Source: a virus. From it: DNA of 64,000 bases. The stretch is taken from the IMG/VR virus record IMGVR_UViG_3300027901_000001, one strand, 5' to 3'. The notes under the pieces were generated by a model. It did not search any database, had not been told where the DNA came from, and was given only the letters and a program-made list of their open reading frames with translations. Positions within the stretch are counted from its first letter, which is position 1; the number at the start of each line of letters is the position of its first letter. The position numbers and the translations under genes are program-made. Shown here in pieces: positions 28,116-38,201 of the stretch.

Positions 28116-29302
28116 GCAGCCTTTGCAAAGGGCGGAGGCCCCAGCAGGGCTAAAAATTGGTCGTCAGTCATCTTGCCCGGATCGAGGTTGTTTTCCAGCT
28201 TTTTAACTGTCACCGGCACTCTCTTCGCAACCATCTTCTCGATACGCTGCCCCATCTCCCAGCCCGCTTCGTTACCGTCTGGCACCACGATGATCTTCGA
28301 CCACATCCTGATCAGCTTCTCCACCTGGAGCGGACTCGGATGCGAGCCCAGAAGCGCCACCACTGGCCGGTACCCGGCCTGCCACATCTTGATCATGTCC
28401 AGGTGCCCTTCAACCACGTACACCCGGCCGTCCGGGGCCGTTTCCTGGCGGTGCTCGCCGTACAGGATGACCCGGCGCGGAAAGCCCTTGGAGTGCAAAT
28501 ACTTCGGCGGCTGCATCATCCCGCACCGCGAGCAGCACGGCCGCGTCGGTCGGTAGGTGCCTCCGTCAGCGCACCGCAGCTCCTCCTCCATAAAATGTGC
28601 CGATTCAGGCTCCCCACAGCTCTCGCATGGCCGAATCCAGGCCCCGCCGCACCGTGGACAGTCATCGACATAGATCCGGCCGGAAATGGCCACCAGACGG
28701 CCCTTCCGATCCCGGATGGGAAAGAGCAGCCGCTTCATCTCCTTGTCGTGGCCCAGCTCCCACTCCTTGCAGGTCTCGATGGTCAGGCCCCGGTCGTCCA
28801 GGGCGTAGCGGGGCACACTACCGGCGTATGGCTCGTAGACCTCCCAGGACACCTCCCGGACCTCTTTCTCGGCTTCTTCGACCGCCTGGTAGTCATAAAA
28901 TGGTCTCTCCGGAGCCTGCCGGTGTCGGACCGTCAGCGGGTTGAAGCCCTGCCTGGAATCGCGCTTGAACTCCGCCCTCAGCTTCTCGGCCTTCGACCGC
29001 GCCTTCTCAATTGAGGCATCGCCGTCGAGCACCTCGATCCACCGGAACGTATCTTTCCCTCGCGTCCAGAGAAACAGCAGCATGTCCCGCAGCGAGCCCC
29101 GGTCGTGACAGGACAGGCACGTGTAAATAGGTCGGCCGCGCTCCCCTTCAGTGAAGACCACCATTGACGGCCGACTGTCCCGCCCCTTCGGATGCGTCCA
29201 CCAGGCGAGCGGGCAACAGCAGGTCACCTTCTCATGGGACACGACCCTCACCTGCTCCGCGCCTACACCACGGAGGATGGCTGCTACGGTATCGACCTCC
29301 AT
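28112..29302 (-). CDS. DNA primase (Zn finger plus TOPRIM)
   Basis: N-terminal C..H..C..C finger, 'LFPIRD..GRLVAISGR', 'VVEGHLD' and 'PDGNEAG'. Confidence 0.88.
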   Translation of the reverse strand: MEVDTVAAILRGVGAEQVRVVSHEKVTCCCPLAWWTHPKGRDSRPSMVVFTEGERGRPIYTCLSCHDRGSLRDMLLFLWTRGKDTFRWIEVLDGDASIEKARSKAEKLRAEFKRDSRQGFNPLTVRHRQAPERPFYDYQAVEEAEKEVREVSWEVYEPYAGSVPRYALDDRGLTIETCKEWELGHDKEMKRLLFPIRDRKGRLVAISGRIYVDDCPRCGGAWIRPCESCGEPESAHFMEEELRCADGGTYRPTRPCCSRCGMMQPPKYLHSKGFPRRVILYGEHRQETAPDGRVYVVEGHLDMIKMWQAGYRPVVALLGSHPSPLQVEKLIRMWSKIIVVPDGNEAGWEMGQRIEKMVAKRVPVTVKKLENNLDPGKMTDDQFLALLGPPPFAKAA

Positions 29303-29303
29303 G

Positions 29304-29750
29304 CTAGCCCGTCATCACACCGGCAGGGTCGAGCTGGCTTTCCTGAACGTTCCACCAGGGCTGAAAACCATCGTCCACCGCCTGGCACTTCTCCGGGTCG
29401 AGCACACGGATCAAAAGGCCATCGGCCGCCGGACCACTCGAATACTTGGGGTGCTTGAACCGCATATCCCCCGGCAGCCGCGTTCCGTGCTTCCGGCTGA
29501 ACATCACCACCTCTCCCAGTTTAATATCCGGCATAGGCAGTCGACTGCCATCCGGCCCTATCCGACCGGGACCGATGGCGATCACTTCTCCGTACCGCCA
29601 CTCACTTGCCCGGTACCTGCCGAACTGGGTTTTACTATCGCCGTAGTAGATACCGCCGCTCGTCATATCCGGCTGACCATAATCGCACACGAAAACGAAA
29701 TCGTGCAGGGGCCGTATATTGAACCCCTCCACCATAATCCCCTTCTCCAT
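29304..29750 (-). CDS. groES: Co-chaperonin GroES/Cpn10
   Basis: 'IRPLHDFVFV', 'TSGGIY', 'GEVIAIGPGR' and 'IKLGEVVMF'. Confidence 0.88.
   Translation of the reverse strand: MEKGIMVEGFNIRPLHDFVFVCDYGQPDMTSGGIYYGDSKTQFGRYRASEWRYGEVIAIGPGRIGPDGSRLPMPDIKLGEVVMFSRKHGTRLPGDMRFKHPKYSSGPAADGLLIRVLDPEKCQAVDDGFQPWWNVQESQLDPAGVMTG
29536..29549. repeat. 14-bp palindrome, copy 2
   Basis: Exact; inside groES. Confidence 0.8.
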
Positions 29751-29751
29751 C

Positions 29752-30297
29752 CTACTTCTCCTTCTTCTCCTTCGTCTTCAGCTTTCCCTGGTGCACCGGC
29801 GGCTTTTCCGCCGCTCGCGCCGCTTTGACTGCTTCAGCGGCCTCTTCCTTACCGCCTATCATCGCATGGGCTTCATCTTCGGACAGCGGTCTATCGCTGG
29901 GCACCACGATAGTGTCCTCCGGCGGCTCACCCTCGTCCGCTGGTGGCGGCTGCATCATCGATATAGGCATCGGCGGTGGGCCGCCTCCCCTCGCCACCTT
30001 ACGAACCCCGGCGTCCACCAGGGCCAGTCCCTCGTCAGCGGCATAGGCAACCAGGCTAATGAAACCACCCATGATGATGACAGCCGACCAGGGAGCGGCT
30101 TGCTCCAGTTTCCAGAGCGCGCCGACCACGAAACCCACCGATATGGTGCACGTCAACAGCTCCCCGAGCAGCCGCAGCGGATTAGCCCGGACCGTGAACC
30201 CCATCAACCATTCCCGGAACCCGCTGAGCCATTTGCCCACCGAAATGAACAGCGTCAGCCCGACTAGGCCCGCGATCGTCAGAACATCTCCCTCCAT
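29752..30297 (-). CDS. Membrane protein (about 3 hydrophobic helices, Pro/acidic tail)
   Basis: Three hydrophobic stretches in the first ~95 aa. Confidence 0.55.
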   Translation of the reverse strand: MEGDVLTIAGLVGLTLFISVGKWLSGFREWLMGFTVRANPLRLLGELLTCTISVGFVVGALWKLEQAAPWSAVIIMGGFISLVAYAADEGLALVDAGVRKVARGGGPPPMPISMMQPPPADEGEPPEDTIVVPSDRPLSEDEAHAMIGGKEEAAEAVKAARAAEKPPVHQGKLKTKEKKEK

Positions 30298-30311
30298 GTC
30301 TCCTTCTCCTT

Positions 30312-31646
30312 CTAATAGGGCACTGCTCCAGCCTCAGCATCCTTGTAATCGTCTACCGACACCCGCGTACCGATCTCATCAAAATCCATCGTCACCATAT
30401 CCCACTTCACCACCAGGCTGGATAGCTTAGCCATCCGTCGAGCCTTCAACGGCACGTACATGAGCTGATTATCCTGTTTCATGTACTCGTCCTGGTACAT
30501 AGCGAACAGGTTGTGACAGGCCCAAAAAACCTCATCGGAAATGGCGACGGTATCCTCCAGGCCGCCAGTGCCGCGCCCGGCTTTTATCGCTCGCGCCGCC
30601 TCCTTCTTGAGATGGCCACCGGTCCGGGCAAGCTGACTAATACCCACCAACGGAATTCCTTTCCGGCGGCTGAGACCCCGGAACCACTCTACCGTGTCGA
30701 TGATTCTGTCCCGGCGGTCGCCTCTACTACCCGGCCCTTTTTTCACCCGCCCCAGAATCACCTTCAGCATGTAGATGGAGTCAATCACAGTCAGATGCGG
30801 CCCAAAGGCGTCGATGGCCTGCTCGATATTATCCGGATTCAGCCGCTCCTCATCGTCCAGAATAGCGATCCCTTGACCTTTTTCCTCCAGCTCCTTGATC
30901 GCCTCCTTAAACTTCTTCTCGGCCAGCGACCCCAAAGTCGCCCCTACAATGTCCCGGTGGGAAAACTGGCCGTACTTGGCGACCATACGCTCCGCCAGCT
31001 CCACGCGGCTCATCTCCGGTGTTACGAACAGCACCTTCAGCCCCTTCTGCCAGGCATGGAGCGCCAGGATCACCCCGGTCCAGGTCTTGCCCATCCACGG
31101 CCGCGCCACGAAAAAAGTCACTGTTCCGGGCCACATCCCCAGGGTCATATCGGTCATCGTCTGCCAGGGAAACGGAACACCGGTCTCGCCCTTCTTCACA
31201 CGCTCGTACAGGTCGAGCACTTCTGGAGCTACTATCGAAAGAGGATGAATCTGGAGCTGGGCGAACTTGCTGGACCGTAGGTGATCGGCCAGCCTCAGCA
31301 CCTCCTGGACCGCCGCCTCCTGATTGCCATTCTCCAACTCCTCTTCGGATTTTCCCAAACCGTACTGGAGAGCGCGAAACTGAGCGCGGCCATACAACTG
31401 TTCGGCCAGGTAAGTGAGCTGAACACGCTCCACCTCTTCCGGCGGCTGTATAAGACAACCGCTGTTGGCAGTAATGATATCGGTGCTGGGGATGCTGCCG
31501 TGCGCGGTCTGGTATTCGTCAATAAAAGACCAGGCAGCCTTAGCGTTCCCCAGAAACAGTGCCGCATTGATCCCCAGTTCTTTAGCCTGTTTCAACGCCG
31601 CTTCACTGCGCGTAGCAAGCCAAATAGTAGACGCATCTATGTCCAC
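30312..31646 (-). CDS. dnaB: DnaB-like replicative helicase
   Basis: Walker A 'ARPWMGKT', 'PEMS', 'VIDSIY' and 'ISQLAR'. Confidence 0.9.
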   Translation of the reverse strand: MDIDASTIWLATRSEAALKQAKELGINAALFLGNAKAAWSFIDEYQTAHGSIPSTDIITANSGCLIQPPEEVERVQLTYLAEQLYGRAQFRALQYGLGKSEEELENGNQEAAVQEVLRLADHLRSSKFAQLQIHPLSIVAPEVLDLYERVKKGETGVPFPWQTMTDMTLGMWPGTVTFFVARPWMGKTWTGVILALHAWQKGLKVLFVTPEMSRVELAERMVAKYGQFSHRDIVGATLGSLAEKKFKEAIKELEEKGQGIAILDDEERLNPDNIEQAIDAFGPHLTVIDSIYMLKVILGRVKKGPGSRGDRRDRIIDTVEWFRGLSRRKGIPLVGISQLARTGGHLKKEAARAIKAGRGTGGLEDTVAISDEVFWACHNLFAMYQDEYMKQDNQLMYVPLKARRMAKLSSLVVKWDMVTMDFDEIGTRVSVDDYKDAEAGAVPY

Positions 31647-31699
31647 AAAAGCTCCCTGTCCCTCGTCCCTGGCATAAAGGCGGGAATTACAGTTCTACA

Positions 31700-32311
31700 C
31701 TAAATAGCGAGGGCTTTGCCAAGTTTTTGCTGCGCCTCGTTACGATAGTTTTCCCCCTCGACCTTCACCGGCAACATCATCTCCTTCATCACTTCCAGCA
31801 TAGACATTTTATATCGCTCTTTTAGCCCCTCATAACCCATGTTGGTTGTCATAAAGGTCGTGAGACGCGCTGCACTACGCTCACGCAAAAGATTCTCCAG
31901 CGTCCGTTCGGCAAACCCGCTCCTGCCCGGATGCTCCTTGCCCAGATCGTCCAGCAGCAAAAAATCGACTGTCCGCGCCCGGTCGAGCAAGAGCCCTTCT
32001 TCCACCTCGGTCTTCTCCAGCACCGACTCGATGAGCGACGCGGCGGTGAGCATCAACACCGATGCACCGGTACGCCGCACCTCGCGAGCCACAAAAACGG
32101 CCGCACACGTCTTGCCGTGACCACTCTTGCCCCACAGCAGTAAACCGTCGCCGTTATCCAACATCTCATCGAGGTTTTGGAGGTAATTCCGTATAACCCC
32201 TTTCACATCCGGCTCGATCTGATCAAACGTCACCTCCCAGAAGCGACGCGGAATCCGCATCAGCAGGAAGTGTTCGGCCGTCAGGCGGCCTCTTTGACCA
32301 ACGATTCTCAT
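31700..32311 (-). CDS. dnaC: DnaC/IstB-like helicase loader ATPase
   Basis: 'GLLLWGKSGHGKT', 'LLLDDLGKE' and 'MTTN'; upstream of DnaB. Confidence 0.85.
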   Translation of the reverse strand: MRIVGQRGRLTAEHFLLMRIPRRFWEVTFDQIEPDVKGVIRNYLQNLDEMLDNGDGLLLWGKSGHGKTCAAVFVAREVRRTGASVLMLTAASLIESVLEKTEVEEGLLLDRARTVDFLLLDDLGKEHPGRSGFAERTLENLLRERSAARLTTFMTTNMGYEGLKERYKMSMLEVMKEMMLPVKVEGENYRNEAQQKLGKALAI

Positions 32312-32362
32312 CTTATAATTGTATTGTAATGCAACGTCACGGCACACGCCATCCTACATATC

Positions 32363-32797
32363 CTACCCCCAACCAATCTTAGGCTGCTCGCCATCACGCT
32401 CATCATCGTATTCGTCTATATTTATCTGCTTATGCTGGATGGAAGCCTGTCCCCTAATCGTCGCCAACACCGACACCCTATGTGCCCACAGAAACGAAAA
32501 AACGGGCAAACCGGGTTCGTCCCACGACGTAATGAAATGCTGCACCATCTTCACAGCAACATCGTAACCAACCTCTTTCATCAATAGCCTGGCCAGGCTC
32601 TGTTCCTTCTTGCTCCACTGCACCATGCGAACATCTTTATCGAAACGCGCCCAAATCGCCTCTTGCCAATCCTCCGCCAGGGCTTCCACGGGCCGCACCT
32701 TGATATTCTTCTGGTGCTTCTTTTCCTTGCTGGCACGTGTCTGTTCCCGCCCAAACCTCTTCGCCCCCACCAGCTTCTTCTCGCGTGCGGCGTCCAC
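32363..32797 (-). CDS. Hypothetical protein
   Basis: 144-aa ORF upstream of the loader. Confidence 0.55.
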   Translation of the reverse strand: MDAAREKKLVGAKRFGREQTRASKEKKHQKNIKVRPVEALAEDWQEAIWARFDKDVRMVQWSKKEQSLARLLMKEVGYDVAVKMVQHFITSWDEPGLPVFSFLWAHRVSVLATIRGQASIQHKQINIDEYDDERDGEQPKIGWG

Positions 32798-32841
32798 AAT
32801 GACCTTTTCTATTTCACACTATAAAACGCGATAGTCAAGAA

Positions 32842-33144
32842 CTAATCGCGCTCGACAATCTCTTCTACATCAATCGGTGTAACCGTCTGCTGAATCATCG
32901 TTCCGGGCACCTGCACAATGGCTTCGTAGTAGATATCCAGCCAGTGAATACCGTAGAGCGCCTGGCACCTGGGACCCATCAACAGCGCATTCATTTCGGT
33001 CATCCCCTTGAGCACATCGCGGGCCTTGGTCACGGTAATAACTTCCGCGACTTTACCGTTCTTCTTGAGCCTGACGCATTGCCCTATACGCGGTCTGGGC
33101 CACATTTTTTTCATGGCCGCCAAGCCGGGCTTCTCAAGTTCCAT
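32842..33144 (-). CDS. Hypothetical protein
   Basis: 100-aa ORF overlapping its neighbour. Confidence 0.55.
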   Translation of the reverse strand: MELEKPGLAAMKKMWPRPRIGQCVRLKKNGKVAEVITVTKARDVLKGMTEMNALLMGPRCQALYGIHWLDIYYEAIVQVPGTMIQQTVTPIDVEEIVERD

Positions 33145-33535
33145 CCTCCGACTCCATCTTGCGCCGCTTGCGCGCCAACCGACCGAGAGGTCCTTTCTCC
33201 AAAATGCGGCTGGTAAAGATAATGCCCATCATGTACCGCTCGGCATCGAACGGTGATAGGCGGTGCCGCTCGTCCAACATCGGGATAACGGTGTTTTTGC
33301 TCTTCGATGTCGCACCAACACCCTGAACATAGCGACCGGCCCACACCAGCTCCTCCCGGTTCAGGTGTCCCCACTGGGAGCCGCCATATAAAACACACCA
33401 GCCACAAAACGGCTGCCACTCTCCGCCACTTTTGGGCTCCATCCTGTAGGAAGCCGTGCGCTCCTTGCAGTGCACGCACTGAATCCCGTCCCTAGCCGGG
33501 ATTATCTCGATCTCTTTGGAGCTGATGTACAGCAC
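33134..33535 (-). CDS. Hypothetical Zn-finger protein
   Basis: CVHC...CGWC. Confidence 0.55.
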   Translation of the reverse strand: MLYISSKEIEIIPARDGIQCVHCKERTASYRMEPKSGGEWQPFCGWCVLYGGSQWGHLNREELVWAGRYVQGVGATSKSKNTVIPMLDERHRLSPFDAERYMMGIIFTSRILEKGPLGRLARKRRKMESEDGT

Positions 33536-33536
33536 G

Positions 33537-34370
33537 TCAGCGGGTAGTCGCGTGGGCTACATTGGCCGCCTCAATAATACCGCGCCCGAAAGGAGTTAGT
33601 CGAACGTGCTCCCGATCACCGCACACATCGATAAAACCAGCAACGCGCTCATCAAATTCCCGAAGGCCGATCTTGCATCGGTTCCCGCAGTTCCCCTCAA
33701 CCGTATTGAACTCGGTATTGTCCTCCGATGCCCGAAGCACAAACCCGATATGGCCGTGACACTTACCTTTCTTGTCCGTCCACAGCATCACGAAGGCATC
33801 ACCAGGCACCAGACCTTTGGCTCGATTCCAGGGCACCCAAATCCCCTTTTCCTTTGCACGCTCGGACGCCTTGGTACATGACCCCTCGCGCCTACCGATC
33901 GGATAGCATCCCAACGCCTCCTTACAGACCCAGGAAAAATAGAAGCAGCACCAGGCCGGACCCGGCATCTTCAGCCACCACTTCGGTAGATATTTGTCAA
34001 TCTTTGGCCCCCGGTTCGAGCCCGGCGGCTTCTCCCTGGCCCCATGCTGCGATAGGGCAACGGTCAGCACCTTCTGGCGCGCCTCCGATAGCCCCGCTGG
34101 AATCGGTGCGATGATATTGCTGCGCTGGGCCTTGCCGCTCGGGTGCTTCAGCGCCCACCACGTCTCGGGGCCTACTTCGCCATCGACGCCGCACGGCTTC
34201 CCGTGCTTGTTGAGGTGCGTCTGCTGGAAATAGACGACCGCCTTGGTCAACTTCGGACCGAACGCCGAACTGATCGGCCCCTTCCAATACCCCTGCTCCT
34301 GCAATATCTGTTTAACTCTGATGACCGCTTCGTGCTTCATCCCTTCGCGTAGATATGGCTCCTTCTCCAT
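33537..34370 (-). CDS. Endolysin: peptidoglycan-binding domain plus CHAP amidase
   Basis: PG-binding 'V..FQ......L.VDG.VGPETW' pattern; CHAP 'AWCCFYFSWV', 'GHIGFV' and 'TVEGN'. Confidence 0.85.
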   Translation of the reverse strand: MEKEPYLREGMKHEAVIRVKQILQEQGYWKGPISSAFGPKLTKAVVYFQQTHLNKHGKPCGVDGEVGPETWWALKHPSGKAQRSNIIAPIPAGLSEARQKVLTVALSQHGAREKPPGSNRGPKIDKYLPKWWLKMPGPAWCCFYFSWVCKEALGCYPIGRREGSCTKASERAKEKGIWVPWNRAKGLVPGDAFVMLWTDKKGKCHGHIGFVLRASEDNTEFNTVEGNCGNRCKIGLREFDERVAGFIDVCGDREHVRLTPFGRGIIEAANVAHATTR

Positions 34371-35139
34371 CGTCCTTCTCCTTCTCTAGCCAGGACCAAA
34401 AGTAATTCCTGGCACACGTTGTACTGTTGAGCAGCTCTGCTCTGCTCAACATATTACAATCCTCATCCGGGTTCTCTAGGTTAGGCCGGTCACAATGTAT
34501 CTCCAGCCAACCGTTTTCATGCGGACCGCCCGGCCGGTATATGTCCGGCTTACTTCCCCACGTGGTCGGCTGGTTGTCGCAGTAGCTCCTCATCCTGCCT
34601 TTGAGAAACGCTCTGGTGGTCTCCACCACCAACTGGCACCGCTTTCCGTAGTGCGACTTCCACGGATCCATGCGACGCGACCCGTCGAGCTTTTTCTGCG
34701 GCCAGCCTTTCGGCTCGGAACAGTCGAGCTGCAACGTCGAGGTCCAGCGGTTCTGCCGGGTCTGCTGCCCCTTCAACAAAGAACGCTCCGCAGAAGTCAT
34801 CACCAAGAATTTGCTGTTGGATGGAAAGGTGCGCGTTGAATGTGATGCCATCCGCTTCATAAATAATCGGTAATCGAGACCGTAACCGTGCCCCTTCTTA
34901 TTACGTCCTTTCTTCCTGCCGCCACCGTTCCATAACAGTGCCTGCAAAATACCATCCTGATCGGCCAAACTCCGGAAGCCGGACTCGTTCACAGCAATCC
35001 TCATGTACGCACGATGCACATCGGCAAAGGTGGGCACCGGCATTATCGCTGATGCTACGCGGGCCGAAATTCCTTCAGCATGAACGTGGGCTGCCGCTGT
35101 CCCCAACAACAAAAATGCAAGTAAGATTGACCATCTCAT
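34312..35139 (-). CDS. Secreted Cys-rich protein, possible lysozyme-fold hydrolase
   Basis: Signal peptide MRWSILLAFLLLGTAAAHVHA; 'IAVNESGF' resembles a lytic-transglycosylase Glu motif. Confidence 0.55.
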   Translation of the reverse strand: MRWSILLAFLLLGTAAAHVHAEGISARVASAIMPVPTFADVHRAYMRIAVNESGFRSLADQDGILQALLWNGGGRKKGRNKKGHGYGLDYRLFMKRMASHSTRTFPSNSKFLVMTSAERSLLKGQQTRQNRWTSTLQLDCSEPKGWPQKKLDGSRRMDPWKSHYGKRCQLVVETTRAFLKGRMRSYCDNQPTTWGSKPDIYRPGGPHENGWLEIHCDRPNLENPDEDCNMLSRAELLNSTTCARNYFWSWLEKEKDDGEGAISTRRDEARSGHQS

Positions 35140-35252
35140 ACACCAACCCCTTGCTGAAATGCCTGCCTGGCAGCGTACTTTTACCTGCTGGCCTTATGTC
35201 GCTGCTGTGAAACGGTACTCAATCAAAACTCCATCGTCCAGCCATCGTCCTT

Positions 35253-35615
35253 TTATGGAAATGCCAGCGACTCAGATAGATCTGTTACGGACATCGCCGA
35301 TACAGCGAAATGTTCTGTAAGTACGTCTTTCACAGATTCATTCGGAAACGACCGACATGAAAAAAGATCTAGGACAAAAAAGCCGTACGTGATCTCCTTC
35401 ACCTTCCGCATCTGCGTATGAATCACGACGTGGCTAGTACTGAGTACTGCGATTCCAGATACGCCGCCATGCTCCTCCTTGTAGACGTGTGGCGAGCCCA
35501 AAATTCTCATTCCAATACGGGCTACCAGCTTTTGTAAAAAAGATTCCACCATTTTTGAGCTGCCCAGAGACACAGGATCTCCCTGGCCTACGGCCTTTAT
35601 ATGCCGCCCTTCCAT
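35253..35615 (-). CDS. AdoMet decarboxylase (SpeD/SpeH)-like pyruvoyl enzyme, TSH variant
   Basis: 'GVSGIAVLSTSHVVIHT...LDLFSC'. Confidence 0.7.
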   Translation of the reverse strand: MEGRHIKAVGQGDPVSLGSSKMVESFLQKLVARIGMRILGSPHVYKEEHGGVSGIAVLSTSHVVIHTQMRKVKEITYGFFVLDLFSCRSFPNESVKDVLTEHFAVSAMSVTDLSESLAFP

Positions 35616-35650
35616 AATCGGAATAGGGTAGCAGCGCGAGCCTCGACCGC

Positions 35651-36883
35651 CTACTCCTCCGCCGCCTCTTCACGCCAGTTTCCGGGTGCCCACATCTGCC
35701 AACCATCTCGCGGCTCTGTGGCGAACATCTCCAGCTTCGAGCCCGGACAGAGCTTATCGACCATCTTGTAGAACTCCTCCGGCTTGCGACTGTGTTCGCG
35801 GACCTTTGCCTCCATGTACGTGGTCTCGTTATCCAGATCCACGACGGGCTTGCCGCGCACGGCCAGAATGCAGTGCTCAGTAATCCCGCGCAGCCAGTCG
35901 CCGGTCCCCATCTTCGGCTTCTTCCAGGTCAGAACCGTCTTGCCGTTGAAGCCCCAGGCATCGAGCACCCCCGCCGCCGTTCCATCCGCCAGGTGCGCGT
36001 TGGTCACCCATAGCCACAGGATGCAATCACCGTCCTCCCCGACAAAGCCGTCAAGCATCTCCGCCAACTTGCATATCTCGTCGATGCTCATGGACGGATA
36101 GGGCGTCTGGCCGCGCTGCGTGCCGTCATCCGGGCGTTTTTCGTAAGGCCACGGGGGGTCGGCCACGATCACCCGGAACGGGCCTTCTGGAGGCGGCTGG
36201 GGCTCCTTCTTGATCTTGGCGATGATCTTGTCCTTGTCGTGCTGCCGAAGCACCGACTTGGCGCTCTGCTTCGGGTTCTGCTCGATCTTCTTCAAGATCT
36301 GCTTCTGCTCCTTCACCGGGCGCTGCGCGATCTTCTCCGCCACGTCCACGGAGAGCTTCTTCTGATTCACTGCGGCTTGCAGTTCATCGCAGCCACCGGC
36401 GATGACCTTCTCGGCCTTGGAGATCGACCGGCCCGAGACGCTCACGGCAGCCCCCGCCTGGTCGCGGGCATCGCCCTTTTCCCGTTCCGGAAAATTTGCC
36501 GGAACGGGAGCCTCGTCCCCTTTCTTGAGTCCGGCGAGCTGCCGTTTTTTGGCCTCCGCCTCCAGATACACCTTGATCCTGGCCCCGACCATCGCCCGCT
36601 GGCTCTCGTCCAGGTGCCGCCGATGCAGGTTGGCGGAGAGGACATAGCCGAGCGGATCGTCCCCCTCGTACATCACGGTTTCCACGGAAACCCCTACCCG
36701 ATCAGCCCCCCGAATCCGATTCCGGCCATCCAGGAGCTGCTTCTCCTCGCCGACCTGGATTAGGACGATGGGTTCACGCACTCCGTGTTCCTCGATGTCC
36801 TTGCACAAGGCATCGAACTCCGGCCCCTCCAGCAAGGGAAAAACCTCTGCTGCGGGATGCACCTCGAAATCGCCTATTTTCAC
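35651..36883 (-). CDS. ParB-like N-terminal domain fused to MT-A70 adenine methyltransferase
   Basis: 'HPAAEVFP', 'LLDGRNR', 'ANLHRRHL'; 'VIVADPPW', 'LWLWVTN', 'TEHCILA' and 'HSRKP'. Confidence 0.88.
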   Translation of the reverse strand: MKIGDFEVHPAAEVFPLLEGPEFDALCKDIEEHGVREPIVLIQVGEEKQLLDGRNRIRGADRVGVSVETVMYEGDDPLGYVLSANLHRRHLDESQRAMVGARIKVYLEAEAKKRQLAGLKKGDEAPVPANFPEREKGDARDQAGAAVSVSGRSISKAEKVIAGGCDELQAAVNQKKLSVDVAEKIAQRPVKEQKQILKKIEQNPKQSAKSVLRQHDKDKIIAKIKKEPQPPPEGPFRVIVADPPWPYEKRPDDGTQRGQTPYPSMSIDEICKLAEMLDGFVGEDGDCILWLWVTNAHLADGTAAGVLDAWGFNGKTVLTWKKPKMGTGDWLRGITEHCILAVRGKPVVDLDNETTYMEAKVREHSRKPEEFYKMVDKLCPGSKLEMFATEPRDGWQMWAPGNWREEAAEE

Positions 36884-36897
36884 CTTCGCCTCCTTCT

Positions 36898-37311
36898 TCA
36901 GTTTCCAAATCTTCCCGCTATCTTCTTCCGATATACCTTCTCACCGACAACCAACGTATGAAATACCCACCCTAAACCGGGATGCTTCTCAATGACCGGA
37001 TGAACGTCAACGCCATCACGCTCATCGCCCTCAAAAACACGCTTCCAACTCCTACTGAACTTTCCGGTACATAATTCTCTGAGATACTCCACATAGCTAC
37101 TGCTAACAAAGGTAGTGTCCTTCCACCACGAAAGGGGCGATATAAAGGAAGCATCTCCTGTCCGAACCGCCTTAGTGAATTGCCGAAGGACCTCCGCATT
37201 CTTCCTCCCTATCACCTCCAGATCCCTCTTTTCTTCCGCTGTTAGTAGCTCCGGCGGAATTACTACAAACGGCATTTTTTTAAGTGCGATTTTTGCTCTT
37301 TCGCTAACCAT
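36898..37311 (-). CDS. Hypothetical protein
   Basis: 137-aa ORF, AT-richer than its neighbours. Confidence 0.5.
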   Translation of the reverse strand: MVSERAKIALKKMPFVVIPPELLTAEEKRDLEVIGRKNAEVLRQFTKAVRTGDASFISPLSWWKDTTFVSSSYVEYLRELCTGKFSRSWKRVFEGDERDGVDVHPVIEKHPGLGWVFHTLVVGEKVYRKKIAGRFGN

Positions 37312-37319
37312 AACCCCCT

Positions 37320-37586
37320 CTATTCCACCACCACTGGAATCCCGTCGAACGGGAATCCTAGCTGGCCCGGCAACGGCTCGCCCCTCTTGACGGCCGCCCT
37401 AATCCTACGCCATCTCGCCCGTTCTCGTTTCTTGGCGCGACGCTCCTGCTGGTCGAGACACGCGCTCTCGTGCAGCTCCAAGTTGCGCTTGGCCAGCCCG
37501 TGATCAGCGTATATCCCTCGACCCTTGTAGGCATATCCACAGTATCGGCAGGGCCGCGTGCACCGCTGCATCCCCCCTTCTATCAC
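37320..37586 (-). CDS. Hypothetical Zn-binding protein
   Basis: CRYC...H...C. Confidence 0.5.
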   Translation of the reverse strand: MIEGGMQRCTRPCRYCGYAYKGRGIYADHGLAKRNLELHESACLDQQERRAKKRERARWRRIRAAVKRGEPLPGQLGFPFDGIPVVVE

Positions 37587-37623
37587 ACGCGCTTGTTACC
37601 GCACAAGAATGAATAGACAAACC

Positions 37624-38199
37624 CTACGTCTTGGGCTCCTTTTGACGCGCCTCGATATACCCGTGTTTCCGAATCACCACCTTGAAAAACCTTTTGATTT
37701 CAGAAACATACGTTTCCAGCTTCCGGTTCTCCTGCCAGCCCTTGGGCGTTACCTTCCCCACCCCGGAGCGATCTCCCTCGTACACCTGAAAATAGGCAAC
37801 GCCATCCTCCCCCACCGCGTCGGCTGCACGCCGGATAGTCTTGGCCCGATCTGCCTTGTTTCGGATGACGTTGAGAACGTTCGCTACGGTGGCCGTCTGC
37901 GCCTTGCCTCCCTTGATCGCCGCCGCCGCCTTCTGATTGTGCTTCGGCGACCTGGTGAAGGGATCCCAAACGATATTGATGACCCCCTTCTCCCTGGCCA
38001 GGAATTTCGTCGCCCGGTCATACGCCCCACCGCCGATATCGGCGTTGACGGTGCCCGGCTCGAAGGCCGCCCTCTTGTGCACCGAGGGGATGATGTTGAT
38101 GGAAGTCCCCGCGCTGGTGATGGCCTGCTTGCCGACAGCCCAGAGGTCCTTCTTCTTCCGCTCGGTCAGCGCCTCCCCGAGTTGCTCCGAAATCAGCAT
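37624..38199 (-). CDS. Class I SAM-dependent methyltransferase-like protein with capsid-leader motif
   Basis: 'ADIGGG', 'VWDPF' and 'VANVLNVI'; N-terminus MLISEQLGEALTE. Confidence 0.65.
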   Translation of the reverse strand: MLISEQLGEALTERKKKDLWAVGKQAITSAGTSINIIPSVHKRAAFEPGTVNADIGGGAYDRATKFLAREKGVINIVWDPFTRSPKHNQKAAAAIKGGKAQTATVANVLNVIRNKADRAKTIRRAADAVGEDGVAYFQVYEGDRSGVGKVTPKGWQENRKLETYVSEIKRFFKVVIRKHGYIEARQKEPKT

Positions 38200-38201
38200 G
38201 A

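Noticed and set aside
29752-30297. Holin call for the membrane protein
   Set aside because: It lies within the replication genes, 3 kb from the endolysin, and has no diagnostic motif
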